From positions 1 through 64,000 of the IMG/VR virus record IMGVR_UViG_3300014204_000116: a stretch of 64,000 nucleotides of DNA; one strand, 5' to 3'. This document shows positions 1 through 9,941 of this stretch, piece after piece (the first letter of the stretch is position 1; each line of letters starts with the position of its first letter). This DNA comes from a virus. Its lineage: Duplodnaviria > Caudoviricetes. The notes under the pieces were generated by a model, which saw only the letters and a program-made list of their open reading frames with translations, did no database searches and was not told the origin of the DNA. The position numbers were made by a program, and so were the translations under genes.

Positions 1-2180
1 AACTCAGGGAAATCGTCGCACAGAATGACGTTGTCCCACTCCAGCCCCTTTGCACGGTGTGCCGTGACCAGTGTGATATCCGCATCCTCCTGGTAGGGCA
101 CAAGACTCTTGCGGACCTGCTCAATTTGGCTGGGCACGCTATCCTGGTACTTGTCCACTATCGCGCGGCTGACCATATATTCGGCATCCGCGTTGCCGGT
201 ATCGCAGAATTCCTTGAATTCCCAGTAGTCTTGGAACAGCCTCAACTCGGGATCTCGGATTTCGAACTTGTTACCCTTCCAAAGGTGGAACACGTTCATG
301 ACACTATCGAACAAGGGCAAGTTGCCGGTGGTGCCAGCCCCAGGTGTGTAGAGCTTAAACTTACCGGCCAAGCCACAGGCGTAGGCAAACAAAAACGCGT
401 TGGTGCGGCTTAGATAGGTGTAAGGCGTGCTCGGCATCTTTTCCTCCAAGCCCAGGATATGCCCTGGCTGCCCCAGGCCGGTGAGGAGGCGCTTTTCGCC
501 GAAGAAGGTGCCCAGAAGAGTATTTGCTACCCCGGCTATTTCCGGCCCAAACCGAAACGACTGCGTAAGGTAATACGGGGGCGCATCAATCTTCTGGAGA
601 GCGTCTACGGCCCCGCGCCATCGGTAGATCTGCTGGTAAGCGTCTCCGGCCAGGAAAATGTTGGTGCCATATTGGGCTTGGCTCATTATGATGTCCTGCG
701 TCACCGGGTTGCAGTTATGGGTGACGATGCCATTAGAGATATAGGTGTGATCACGGGCCACTTCTATTGAGTAGACCCACCCGTCGTAGGATACCCGAGA
801 GACCTCTATCGGAGACCAGCAGGTTCCATTTCTATGCACTTGGTTTGATCGATGCACGATGGTGTTAGCACCATTAAGTAATGACTCACTATCTATGAAT
901 TCCATACCTGTAAGCAAATTGCAGGCTCTTATTGTCGAAGCACGAGTATAGAGCAAGTAATCCGATCTGTTTCCAGTTTCCGTGAATTTGCGCGTTGCGA
1001 TTGGGTAGCGTATATCACGCCCGTAGAATTCCAGGCATTTTTCGGCACGGTCAGATATATTTCCTATCTTAAACCAAATCTGGTCAAGTTCTGACTGAGT
1101 GATGTAATCACGCGAACTGTTAGTGCAGAATCGAATTTCTGGAATTGAAAACACGGCGGATACTTCCATTTCCGCATTTCTAGCGGTGCGACGGTCACCA
1201 AAAATGGCTAGGATGTAAATCGCGTCAGCACGCTCTTCTCGTAGTCTCCCTGCCAAACCCGATTCTCTTCCATTCTTGCCATGATTTGCAGATGTTATGC
1301 CAATCCGCCAATAATCATTTTTTCGCATCAGGTATAAAATAGATTTGCCCTTGAGGGCAGGGCCTATTTTTGCCACACAAATGTGCCCAGGGGTTCCTAG
1401 AAATTCTTTTCCGCTTGATGTAACGGCTTTAACCAGTGTACCAACGTGCCTATGAGAACTTGCTGAAATCACAGTGCTGCCCTGCTTTCGAAGGCGTAGT
1501 CCAGAACCGTCATAACTGATGACTTTATCACCGACACGGATTTTCTCCACGTCAAGGGTAGAGCCATCAACCATCGTTACCTTTGTTCCAGGTGGCTGGC
1601 AGTCCTGAGCCTCGTCGAGCATGATCAGGTCGTAGTTGAGGCGGGGCTTGGAGAGCTGATACATCTTCAGATAGGCATAGTGGGTCATCGGAAAGTCTCG
1701 ATCTCGGCCATCCAAGATGAGTGACCACACCTTGCGGGCCATGTCTACTTCGATAGCGCTCATGTCCTCGGTGTAGCGGTCGATGAAGTCCGGTGCCGCA
1801 TGGGACAAGTTTATCTCGGGATCAGCGCTGTTGGCCCAGAATTCAAGAGTCTTGTGCACCAACGAGGCCAGGTAGTAATCGATTTTGAAGTGCCCCGCTG
1901 TCTTGAAAACTGATAGCTTTCCAAGGGCGTATTTGGCCGTCTTGCCGAGGATCGCGTGATAGGCAAGGGAATGCTGCGTCTTAGACGTAACGGTCGCTGG
2001 AAACCGCTTCTTGGCCTCCTCTGCCACCGACTTGTTGAAGGCCAGGTACAAAGTTCGTTGTGGGGCTGCCTGAGCGCGGGCAACAAACGTAGACGTTTTC
2101 CCGGTTCCCGCATAGGCCACCACCTTAAGGTTGCCCTTTGGGGCCTCTATGACGGCTTGCTGTTCTTTTGTGGGGTTCAT
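1..2180 (-). CDS. UvrD/Rep-like SF1 DNA helicase containing an intein; 3' end runs off the window
   Basis: Hand-translated; absent from the ORF track. Reads MNPTKEQQAVIE..VVAYAGTGKTST (Walker A)..YLAFNK..DLIMLDEAQD (Walker B) [intein] CNPV..GDAYQQIYRWRGA..YLTQSFRFGPEIA..LSRTNA..TAHRAKGLEWDNV. One frame, no stop before base 1. Confidence 0.93.
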   Translation of the reverse strand, partial: MNPTKEQQAVIEAPKGNLKVVAYAGTGKTSTFVARAQAAPQRTLYLAFNKSVAEEAKKRFPATVTSKTQHSLAYHAILGKTAKYALGKLSVFKTAGHFKIDYYLASLVHKTLEFWANSADPEINLSHAAPDFIDRYTEDMSAIEVDMARKVWSLILDGRDRDFPMTHYAYLKMYQLSKPRLNYDLIMLDEAQDCQPPGTKVTMVDGSTLDVEKIRVGDKVISYDGSGLRLRKQGSTVISASSHRHVGTLVKAVTSSGKEFLGTPGHICVAKIGPALKGKSILYLMRKNDYWRIGITSANHGKNGRESGLAGRLREERADAIYILAIFGDRRTARNAEMEVSAVFSIPEIRFCTNSSRDYITQSELDQIWFKIGNISDRAEKCLEFYGRDIRYPIATRKFTETGNRSDYLLYTRASTIRACNLLTGMEFIDSESLLNGANTIVHRSNQVHRNGTCWSPIEVSRVSYDGWVYSIEVARDHTYISNGIVTHNCNPVTQDIIMSQAQYGTNIFLAGDAYQQIYRWRGAVDALQKIDAPPYYLTQSFRFGPEIAGVANTLLGTFFGEKRLLTGLGQPGHILGLEEKMPSTPYTYLSRTNAFLFAYACGLAGKFKLYTPGAGTTGNLPLFDSVMNVFHLWKGNKFEIRDPELRLFQDYWEFKEFCDTGNADAEYMVSRAIVDKYQDSVPSQIEQVRKSLVPYQEDADITLVTAHRAKGLEWDNVILCDDFPE
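714..1601 (-). mobile_element. Intein (296 aa) in the helicase, inserted directly after Walker B DEAQD
   Basis: Begins CQPPGTKV, has block B 'GTPGHIC', ends 'VYSIEVARDHTYISNGIVTHN' followed by +1 Cys. 888 nt, in frame, lower GC than the flanks. Confidence 0.93.
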
Positions 2181-2201
2181 ATCAAAATATAGGCGATAAA
2201 G

Positions 2202-2229
2202 GAGGGGAAGAGCACTGGCCCTTCCCCTC
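2202..2229 (-). terminator. Hairpin, possible intrinsic terminator after the DUF932 gene
   Basis: GAGGGGAAG..CTTCCCCTC inverted repeat between the DUF932 stop and the helicase start. Confidence 0.45.
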
Positions 2230-2246
2230 AGGATCTGTCGGAATTT

Positions 2247-3053
2247 TCAGTTGTTGGCCACGGTGGCCGTCGCGTCATCCGTGCCAGCGGTGATGGCTTC
2301 CGGCGTCCGGCTGATGATGTCACATTCCGCATCCATCAGGGCGTGGAGGCTCTGAGTTCGCTTGGGGAGGATAAACACCCCGGATTCCTTGGCTATTTCT
2401 GTGAAGGCATTGAACAAGCGCCAGGCCGTCTTGCCGCAGGAAACAAATTCCTGGTGGCGCGGGTTGCGCCATTCTTTGATGATGTAAGGGAGCTGCTGAG
2501 GGGTGGCAGCGCCGACGTCCAGGGCGCGAACGGCGATATCGTGAACCTGGGCATCTACCAGTTCCTTTGCCTTGTAGGCCTCATAGCGGGCGTTCATGTC
2601 CATCCATTTTTCGGAGAGCTGGCCAACGGCGCGACCGGTGAGGACGGGGAGATCACGCATGATATTGGTGGTGTGCTTACGGGCGATGCTGATTTCGCCA
2701 GAGAACGCGAGGTTGTCGCACACGAACACGCCCGAACCAACCACCAGACCAGCCGGGAAACATTTGTCATGCGAGTTGCGGAGGCCCAGGACGTAAGCGT
2801 AGTCTTCGCTAACAGTCTTGCAGTTGGCGACTTGAAGAAGGGCGAAGTAGCGCTGTCCGTTCCGTCCGAGGGCGTGCTGCTCGGTGATGACGCGCATGTT
2901 CATCTGGGTGAGGGCACTGGTAACCTGATCGTAGAGAGCGCGGTGGGGAATCGGGCACCAGCGGTCTACCGCTTCCGGGGTGCTGACCTGGGAGATTTGA
3001 TCGAGAGTTGCTTGAGCGGCACCAGCGTGAAGACAAAGGTTTAAGTTGTGCAT
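2247..3053 (-). CDS. DUF932-family phage protein
   Basis: PIPH..GLRNSHDK.FPAGL..G..VFVCDNLAFSG..RKHT..TAW.LFNAFTE motifs. Start refined to MHNLNL, behind a sigma70-like promoter. Confidence 0.8.
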   Translation of the reverse strand: MHNLNLCLHAGAAQATLDQISQVSTPEAVDRWCPIPHRALYDQVTSALTQMNMRVITEQHALGRNGQRYFALLQVANCKTVSEDYAYVLGLRNSHDKCFPAGLVVGSGVFVCDNLAFSGEISIARKHTTNIMRDLPVLTGRAVGQLSEKWMDMNARYEAYKAKELVDAQVHDIAVRALDVGAATPQQLPYIIKEWRNPRHQEFVSCGKTAWRLFNAFTEIAKESGVFILPKRTQSLHALMDAECDIISRTPEAITAGTDDATATVANN

Positions 3054-3122
3054 ATTTGTGATCTTTTCAGTGTTTCCTGTTTTGTTCGTGCTGCGAGAAC
3101 CATTCCCGCTTTCAACGCATCC

Positions 3123-3152
3123 AGAATAGCATGAAATAGAAGCGCAGCGCAA
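3123..3152 (-). promoter_or_regulatory. Sigma70-like early promoter
   Basis: TTGCGC-N18-TATTCT with an extended TG and an AT-rich upstream region. Confidence 0.5.
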
Positions 3153-3265
3153 GAAAAAATATAGATTATTTTCGTGGTAATACTTAATACAATGATTTTG
3201 AGGCACTTGCACAAGAAACTTTTTTGATGTATGGCGGCTGTAGTTATCTTGAAAGGCCAAAACTT

Positions 3266-3484
3266 ATGCCAGTATCAATTGAAAAGACAGACGGAAAATA
3301 CCGAGTGAGTACTCCGCACGGAGTGAAGGCCAAGCATACGACTAAGGCAAAGGCAGAGCGGCAGCGCAATTTGTTAAATGCGGTCGAACATGGATGGGAA
3401 CCGACAGGCGCTCCGGCACGTGACACGAAGGAGTCACTCCAGGGAAAAGCTCAAGCGCTTGTTGACGCCATGCTTGACGAATGA
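3266..3484 (+). CDS. Small hypothetical late protein with C-terminal AQALVDAMLDE motif
   Basis: ORF preceded by GTAGTTA at 3240. Confidence 0.65.
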   Translation: MPVSIEKTDGKYRVSTPHGVKAKHTTKAKAERQRNLLNAVEHGWEPTGAPARDTKESLQGKAQALVDAMLDE

Positions 3485-4152
3485 TGAGAGACGATTTGCC
3501 AGATCTCCCCTTGGCCAAAGCCTCGAAAAAATATGCTCGTCTAACGAGTAAAGATTTGGGGTCTGACTGGAGTAAGAAGGTAGACATGTTTATGGACATG
3601 ATTTCTGCGGAAACTAACCAACCCAAGGAAGGATTTAGAAATATCGATGCGGCAGGCAAAGTGCCACACGCGATAAAGGAGGCTAGTCAGGCCGCACTCG
3701 AATTAGCTGCACAGGCCTGGTGTGATGATCGCACAAGCCGCGTGACCATGAACGTGGACTTGGCCGAAGTTTTTGCTGATATACTGGATGCCGTGGAAAA
3801 AAAGGGATTGGCCAAATATCATGCTCAATGCACCGTTACCCCAGGCGAGTTAGCTGAGACAGTCGTAAGCGTTCTAATGGATGACGACGACGAACGAATT
3901 GTTGCAGCGGCGGTGAAGGGCAGCAACGGTAAGATCTACCGTGGAAAGGCTCATTTCGGAGCGATACAGAGTGCAGCCCACGATGGGCAGATGTACATGG
4001 TTCACTTTGGGGATGATGACCTCGGATTTGTCACCAGTAAGGGTCGATGGGTGGACCGGCCAGAGGCAGAGCTTATAGGCATGAGGCATAAGCAGCTAAG
4101 GCCTGAAATATCCGATCCTGTCCAGGTTCATGCAGCAGATTTTAGATTTTGA
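3481..4152 (+). CDS. Hypothetical protein; C-terminal domain paralogous to that of 43103..44035
   Basis: Translationally coupled ORF; IVAAAVK..G.AH..GFVTSKGRWVDRPEA. Confidence 0.7.
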   Translation: MMRDDLPDLPLAKASKKYARLTSKDLGSDWSKKVDMFMDMISAETNQPKEGFRNIDAAGKVPHAIKEASQAALELAAQAWCDDRTSRVTMNVDLAEVFADILDAVEKKGLAKYHAQCTVTPGELAETVVSVLMDDDDERIVAAAVKGSNGKIYRGKAHFGAIQSAAHDGQMYMVHFGDDDLGFVTSKGRWVDRPEAELIGMRHKQLRPEISDPVQVHAADFRF

Positions 4153-4154
4153 TT

Positions 4155-6521
4155 ATGGCAGATAACGCCCAATTAAATCAGATTGTACGCCTAATAGACG
4201 ACGCATCAAAGCATAGCGCCCGCGCCGATAAGTCGTGGGAAAGCATTGCTAGCAGCGTCGATTCTATTACTCGCCAATTTGAGAGTGGGTGGCCAGCAGC
4301 TTTTGCAAAGAGTGGGGGATTACAACGCCAGGCTCTATCCTTCGGCAACATTATCAAGTCTTCGCTGATGGGAGAGAAGGCAGGTATCCTTAAGCTGCTG
4401 GAGGGAATGGAAGAAAAGCTGGTTAGCCTGGAGGCCCAGCGGAGAATACTTGAGAGTGATCCTGCGCTAAAAACTCCCACAGGACGCATGTCCAAGGCGG
4501 GCAAGGCACGGATAGAGGAAGCCACCGCCGATATCAAGTTGCAGAACGCGAAGATTACCTGCTTGAACGTAATCTCGAATCTGGAAAAACACGAGGCATT
4601 TACCTATCTTCCGGCTATGCTGAATGGCCTGGGCAAGGCACAAAAGTTCCACGAGGCTATCAACATCTCTCTGATAGAATCGAATAGTAGCTGGGGGCAG
4701 AGGCTGTCCATGATGGAGAAGATAAACGCAGTTCAGATACGAACTGGTATTGCTACTGATGACATGGCAGAAGCCACGAAATCACTGCTCAAATATGGCC
4801 ACGATCTAACCGACAATTTCGCGGAAGCGCTTGCCCTTACGACGATGATGAAAGTCGGCCTGGGCGTATCGGCTGATACAACCTCCCAGATGCTGGCCAC
4901 CACAAAGTCTATTGGGGGTAATTGGAAAGAAGTCGCAGACGGTATAGCACGAGTCAAAGAGGACACAGCACTCGCAGCGGATCAAGCGGCCAGGTTTGCC
5001 ATAGAGATCGGCAACGCGATGGCATTGCTGGGGCCAAAAGCAGGCACTCAACTTGGTGCAATTGGCGAATACATCAATCGGCTAGAAGGATCAGCGCAGA
5101 AACTTGGCGTCCAGGCCGGTGGAATTAAAGACGTTTTGGTAGGGTTTACGACTGAGAAGGGAATGATGGGGGCGACTGCCCTGGGTCTTGATCCTACGTT
5201 TTTAACGGATCTCGAAAGAACCCGCATGGCAACCGAGCGCTTTTCGAGTTTCGTTAATCAGCAGCTCTCGGGTACAACGGGTTGGCAGCGCATGGTAATG
5301 CTGCAACAGTTGGCCGAATATTTTGGCACGAGCATCGAGGTCATCGGTCGTCTTAACGAGATTGTTGCCGATCAGAATAAGCAGCGAAAGTCCCAGATTA
5401 CCGTAGAGAGCGCGTTTGCAAATCAGACGAAGACACTTACGGATCAGTGGAATCGGCTAAAGGCTAGCTTAGGCGCTATTATTAACGCGGTGCTGATTCC
5501 TGTGATTGCCACTGCAAATGCAGTTATCTGGCCATTTACAAAGCTTTTGGGCGTTATCGGCAAATCTGAGAAGGCCCTGTGGGCTTTGTCTGCGGCCATG
5601 ACAGCGGTGATGGTTATCCAGATGGCAAAAATGATAGCAGCACTTCGCACCATGGCTATCGGAGATATCATCCTTGGATCTTTAGGTAAGGGAGTCATTG
5701 GCAAAGGTATCTCGGGATTTTTAGCAAGATTCCTGGGCGGTGGTGGGGCCGCTACCGCTGCTAAAGGGGTTGCCACTGCTGCTACGCGCGCGACGGGATG
5801 GCAAATGATAGTTCGGCTTCTTCCTCAGATTGGGAGAGGATTGCTCACCTTGGGTGGCACTGTCAGTGCAGCATTCCTGGGCACGGCACTCGCTATCGGG
5901 GCAGTAGTCACGGGAGCTGTGGTCCTGGGCACTAACCTGTATTACAAGCGCCTCGATGCTTTAAACCGAAAGAATCAGAATGACTACGTAAAAGCCATAC
6001 TGTCGGGCTCCGGCAAATCGATGGATGTATGGAGGGCAGAAACATCGAAATTCATCGAAGCTCATCCCCAGATGTCTGAAAAAGACATTAGTCGATACCT
6101 CCACAAGACTACCTCTGACTTGGCAGTAGTTCAGCAAGCTCTCATGAAGGGTGACAAAGCTGCGGCCAAGCGCATTGTTGAGGGTGTATTCAACGAGTTT
6201 ATAAACACGGGAGCAACGGCTCGCTATCGCCGGTCGATGAGTGAGAATGTTACTATAAACCGCGAGCAGGACATGGCGCGAGATCGAATATTCCTCGATA
6301 CCCTAAAGCGCAGTGCTACAAATCAGGGGCTTGTGGTAACCACTCTGGAAGATACATCGCGTAAGCAGCTAATCGAACTCGAAAAGTCCAGGATTCGAGA
6401 CGATGAATGGCGCGAGTGGCGCGAAAATCACGAGATGCTTTTACGATCTACGATTTCTAACTCTAGCTCGGCATCTACGGGTTTAAACATGGATGCCGGA
6501 GTGCATCGAACTGACCATTAA
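4155..6521 (+). CDS. Tail tape measure protein
   Basis: ~790 aa, Ala/Gly-rich helical composition, hydrophobic central segments, tail context. Confidence 0.75.
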   Translation: MADNAQLNQIVRLIDDASKHSARADKSWESIASSVDSITRQFESGWPAAFAKSGGLQRQALSFGNIIKSSLMGEKAGILKLLEGMEEKLVSLEAQRRILESDPALKTPTGRMSKAGKARIEEATADIKLQNAKITCLNVISNLEKHEAFTYLPAMLNGLGKAQKFHEAINISLIESNSSWGQRLSMMEKINAVQIRTGIATDDMAEATKSLLKYGHDLTDNFAEALALTTMMKVGLGVSADTTSQMLATTKSIGGNWKEVADGIARVKEDTALAADQAARFAIEIGNAMALLGPKAGTQLGAIGEYINRLEGSAQKLGVQAGGIKDVLVGFTTEKGMMGATALGLDPTFLTDLERTRMATERFSSFVNQQLSGTTGWQRMVMLQQLAEYFGTSIEVIGRLNEIVADQNKQRKSQITVESAFANQTKTLTDQWNRLKASLGAIINAVLIPVIATANAVIWPFTKLLGVIGKSEKALWALSAAMTAVMVIQMAKMIAALRTMAIGDIILGSLGKGVIGKGISGFLARFLGGGGAATAAKGVATAATRATGWQMIVRLLPQIGRGLLTLGGTVSAAFLGTALAIGAVVTGAVVLGTNLYYKRLDALNRKNQNDYVKAILSGSGKSMDVWRAETSKFIEAHPQMSEKDISRYLHKTTSDLAVVQQALMKGDKAAAKRIVEGVFNEFINTGATARYRRSMSENVTINREQDMARDRIFLDTLKRSATNQGLVVTTLEDTSRKQLIELEKSRIRDDEWREWRENHEMLLRSTISNSSSASTGLNMDAGVHRTDH

Positions 6522-6523
6522 CC

Positions 6524-7414
6524 ATGGACGACTTTCCTAGAATTTACCGTGAGAAGGGCTACCCGGCTTGTGGGCGTCTTATCGTCCTGGACGACGGCAC
6601 CCAAGCTGATCATTTACAGCCCCTGGACCAGAACAAGTTTTTCTCAATCGACTTTCCAGCGATGCCAGATCAAATTGAGCTGGCGCGCCAGGCCGACTAC
6701 AGAGTCCAGACAAACTATGCCATGCCTGATGGCGTGCACCTATACCGAGGGACTAACCCAATGGAAGTCCCATTTGAGTTCAAGCTGCACTATTTGGACA
6801 AGAGCTACTGTAAGGAAGGGGCACTAACCCTTATCAACATTGCAGCTCGATTACACGCCCTGGTGTTGCCTATGGGAAATTCCACACTGCGAATCACAGT
6901 GCAGAATGATTCTCCTCTGGATCACAATGGCCAGACCGACCAGGGGGCTAAGAAGCCAGGCACTGAAACTGCCCAGTCTGCGCGTGCAGGCCAAAATTCG
7001 GCGGATAACAGCGGGATTAATCAGCAGGCAGATGCGGATTCTTCTGCTACTGTTACGTTAGACTCATCGAATGCCATAGATCCTCCTGTGACATGCCGCC
7101 TGGAACTGATGTATTCAACATCCACCGGTCCTGGCGTTGTGTGCAATGGCTACGTTAAAAACGTTAAAGTGGCGTTTCTTAAGCCTTGGCTACGTGGACC
7201 GAACGGGTCTTTTAACCTGCCCTCGGGAGGCATATACTCGTTCACGTTTATTCATCACCCAGGGCATGGCAACTATTTTTCGAACAGAACGGGAGTGGCA
7301 GCAATATCGCAGCAGGCCAACGCCTACGCAGACTTTATGCGTAGCCGGTTTTACAATACGCGCATGCTGCAAACTACTTCCAAGTATCGCGGGTTTAGTC
7401 GAACGACGCGTTAG
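6524..7414 (+). CDS. Putative baseplate or tube-initiator protein downstream of the tape measure gene
   Basis: Position after the TMP; beta-rich pattern IDFPAMPDQI..Y.GT.P..V.F.FKL..PPVTCRL..NGYVKNV.V. Confidence 0.55.
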   Translation: MDDFPRIYREKGYPACGRLIVLDDGTQADHLQPLDQNKFFSIDFPAMPDQIELARQADYRVQTNYAMPDGVHLYRGTNPMEVPFEFKLHYLDKSYCKEGALTLINIAARLHALVLPMGNSTLRITVQNDSPLDHNGQTDQGAKKPGTETAQSARAGQNSADNSGINQQADADSSATVTLDSSNAIDPPVTCRLELMYSTSTGPGVVCNGYVKNVKVAFLKPWLRGPNGSFNLPSGGIYSFTFIHHPGHGNYFSNRTGVAAISQQANAYADFMRSRFYNTRMLQTTSKYRGFSRTTR

Positions 7415-9362
7415 TTTTCCACGAGAGTTTGGTCTCGCCTTGGCCAGTTTTCTGCGCAACCAGGACGTAATCGGCGTAGCTGGCAACCTCGGGATGGTGA
7501 TCCACCACGAATATGAGGATGCCCAGGCGGTGCGCGGTTTCTTTGAGGTAGGTTAGGATGCTGCGCCTGATAACGGTATCCTGCGAGCTTAGGATCTCAT
7601 CGTACCACCTGAATCCGATTCTTTTGCTGACCGACCCGACCTCTGAAAGCGTTTCTGCAATAATGAGGTTTGTCAGACCGGATTCACCCTTGGAGCTTCC
7701 CTCGATACGCTTAGAGCCTATTTTGTTATTAACGCGGATGACAAGCTCTGATGACGTGCCCTTGCCACTAGCCAGTTGCCGGGATGTATCGTACGAGACC
7801 TCAATCGTCCCACCGGTCATCAGATTGCTGATGCGGCGTGAAATTTCGTTTAGCGGGGCTATCGCTTCCGACAGGATCAGGTTGGGTATGCCAGTGGGGC
7901 TGAAGGCTTCTGTCCAATAGCCGACAACTTTAACCACTTCCTGCGCCTCAGCCAGCTTTGCGGAGGTCTCTTCCACGTCTGTAGTGATCTTCGCACTTTG
8001 GTCTTTTCGTTCGGTAACAACGGCTCCATAGCGTTCTATTCCAGATCGATCCGGTCCTCGGCTGAGGGCTTGAAGGCGCAATTGCGCCTGGTTGATGGCA
8101 CTGTTCGACAAGTTGATGTCCCGCTCATTTTCTTCGTACTCATAACTAAGGGTGCTCGATTGCGCCGGAGTGCGAAGCTTGCTTATTTGCTCCTCGATAG
8201 CCCTTACTTGGTTGCGGATATCACCAGCCGATTTGTCTACATCCTGGATTTTAACCACCACCCCATCGTAGGATTTTTTGAATGATACGACGGCCAACTC
8301 CTGCTTTTTAATCTCATCTGCACTATGGGCTTTATCCCACGGCTTGCCACACGTGGGGCAATTGTCGGGTATGGACCTCATTTCATCGAGCACTTTGACC
8401 TGGGCTTGCTGCGCCGTAAAAGCCTTGGCCTTTTTCTCCACGAGGTCATTCCGTTTAATTTGGAGCGTGCTGGCATCCGTGTTAAGCGCCAAACGTTTCT
8501 TTTCAAGCTGGGCATAGGCAGCGGCCCCCTCCACTTCTAACCGCTTCAACTCAGATTTAATGGCTGCCTGGCGGGCCTGCAATTTAGCAACATGATCCTG
8601 GCGGATGCTGAGGCGGTTCTGTACCTCGGTGCACTGCGCAGCAATTTTAGCCTCCTCTTCCGCTATTCTATCCTTTTCATCCTGTAGGGTACGCAATGCA
8701 GATTTTATTGCCTCTTCCAACCGTTCCTTTTCGCCTTTGAGCCAGTTCAACCTTGTCTCTTCAGATTCAGCATCTCGCTGGGCATTTCCCAGCATTTTTC
8801 GAGAATGCTCATTTATTTTATCCCAAGATGGCTGTTGTAGCGCTGCCATGAGCAGGCCGACTGAATCACGCTCTGACTGCTTGTTAAAGCGCAGCCGATC
8901 CCCGTCAATGTAGACGGTCCATTCTGCAAGCTCCGGTGTGACAGAGATCGCAGACGCAAGTTCTTGCCGGGTTTCTCGGACGTAGCCTCGCTCAATGATG
9001 CCCTGATCATCGAATTTAAACCGCAGGCCTTCGCCCGTGGGGCTGATTTCCTTGCATTTATGTCCGAGTTCTACCACCAAAGGCTTTTGGCTTAGGTCGG
9101 TTTCCACACGGACGTACATGTTTCCCTTTCCGTGCGTGCTGTAATGGCCCAAGTTCGTGTAGCGGCCATCTATACCAGTAAGCGTTCGGCAGAGGGCCTC
9201 CCCCAAGGCTGTTTTTCCGGCCCCGACCGAGGACATTTTACCCGCAGATGCCAAGTTGTCACCGTTTACGAGGACGAGCCCCTGCTTGGGAAATGTAAGT
9301 TCGGCTTGACGAATCGTCATCCAGTTGCGAATATGAACACGGCGTAGTTTAAGCTCGCTCAT
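7395..9362 (-). CDS. SbcC/Rad50-like (T4 gp46-like) recombination ATPase
   Basis: Walker A GAGKT, long coiled coil with central CPTCG zinc hook, signature S.GE, Walker B 'WYDE', H-loop 'VVDH'. Confidence 0.92.
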   Translation of the reverse strand: MSELKLRRVHIRNWMTIRQAELTFPKQGLVLVNGDNLASAGKMSSVGAGKTALGEALCRTLTGIDGRYTNLGHYSTHGKGNMYVRVETDLSQKPLVVELGHKCKEISPTGEGLRFKFDDQGIIERGYVRETRQELASAISVTPELAEWTVYIDGDRLRFNKQSERDSVGLLMAALQQPSWDKINEHSRKMLGNAQRDAESEETRLNWLKGEKERLEEAIKSALRTLQDEKDRIAEEEAKIAAQCTEVQNRLSIRQDHVAKLQARQAAIKSELKRLEVEGAAAYAQLEKKRLALNTDASTLQIKRNDLVEKKAKAFTAQQAQVKVLDEMRSIPDNCPTCGKPWDKAHSADEIKKQELAVVSFKKSYDGVVVKIQDVDKSAGDIRNQVRAIEEQISKLRTPAQSSTLSYEYEENERDINLSNSAINQAQLRLQALSRGPDRSGIERYGAVVTERKDQSAKITTDVEETSAKLAEAQEVVKVVGYWTEAFSPTGIPNLILSEAIAPLNEISRRISNLMTGGTIEVSYDTSRQLASGKGTSSELVIRVNNKIGSKRIEGSSKGESGLTNLIIAETLSEVGSVSKRIGFRWYDEILSSQDTVIRRSILTYLKETAHRLGILIFVVDHHPEVASYADYVLVAQKTGQGETKLSWKTNASFD

Positions 9363-9395
9363 TACACTAAAGAACAGAACCGTAGTTATTATCAA

Positions 9396-9941
9396 ATGGC
9401 TGATTTCGAGAAAAGTTCAATTTCCAACTCGGCACAGGGATTTATGATAATTCCCTCCGTCCCGCTATTGAGCCATGGTGTAAGAGTTCCCGTTAAAGAG
9501 GGCGAAGACTTCATGGCAGCAACAGCAAATATTCTGGAGCACCATGGAATTTTGACCCAGGATCTCGCAACCTACATGCACAATAATGCAGACGAGGTTG
9601 TGCAGAAGATAATTGATGTCTACAAAATGACGTATATCGTCAAAATTGGCGAGGAAGTAAGCGTTTACAGCCCGAAGCGCCGACAAAGGCTGCCTGAAGA
9701 AGCGGCCAGACACGTCATGATCATGATGGACATCAATCCTCGCACTCCTGTTGGATGGTATGCAACGACAGACGGCAACCCATATTTTTCTACGGCTGAC
9801 GTAGTGCTTTTCGGAGGGAAGGAACCTCCCGCTGTAAAGGCGGCTAAAACTAAGCGCTTAACACGGCGCATTTTAAGGCCAACGAGCACTGATGAGTGTA
9901 ATGCGAATACCGTTGTTAACCAAATGATAGGCCCACGATGA
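9396..9941 (+). CDS. Hypothetical late protein
   Basis: 181-aa ORF preceded by GTAGTTA at 9382; C-terminal ANTVVNQMIG motif. Confidence 0.65.
   Translation: MADFEKSSISNSAQGFMIIPSVPLLSHGVRVPVKEGEDFMAATANILEHHGILTQDLATYMHNNADEVVQKIIDVYKMTYIVKIGEEVSVYSPKRRQRLPEEAARHVMIMMDINPRTPVGWYATTDGNPYFSTADVVLFGGKEPPAVKAAKTKRLTRRILRPTSTDECNANTVVNQMIGPR

Noticed and set aside
770-1810. Apparent 1-kb non-coding gap in the ORF track
   Set aside because: It is the minus-strand helicase and intein frame, unreported because it has no stop inside the window.
2343-3044. Long antisense ORFs (2343..3044, 56416..57075, 60484..61047)
   Set aside because: Shadow frames of genes with strong codon bias on the opposite strand.
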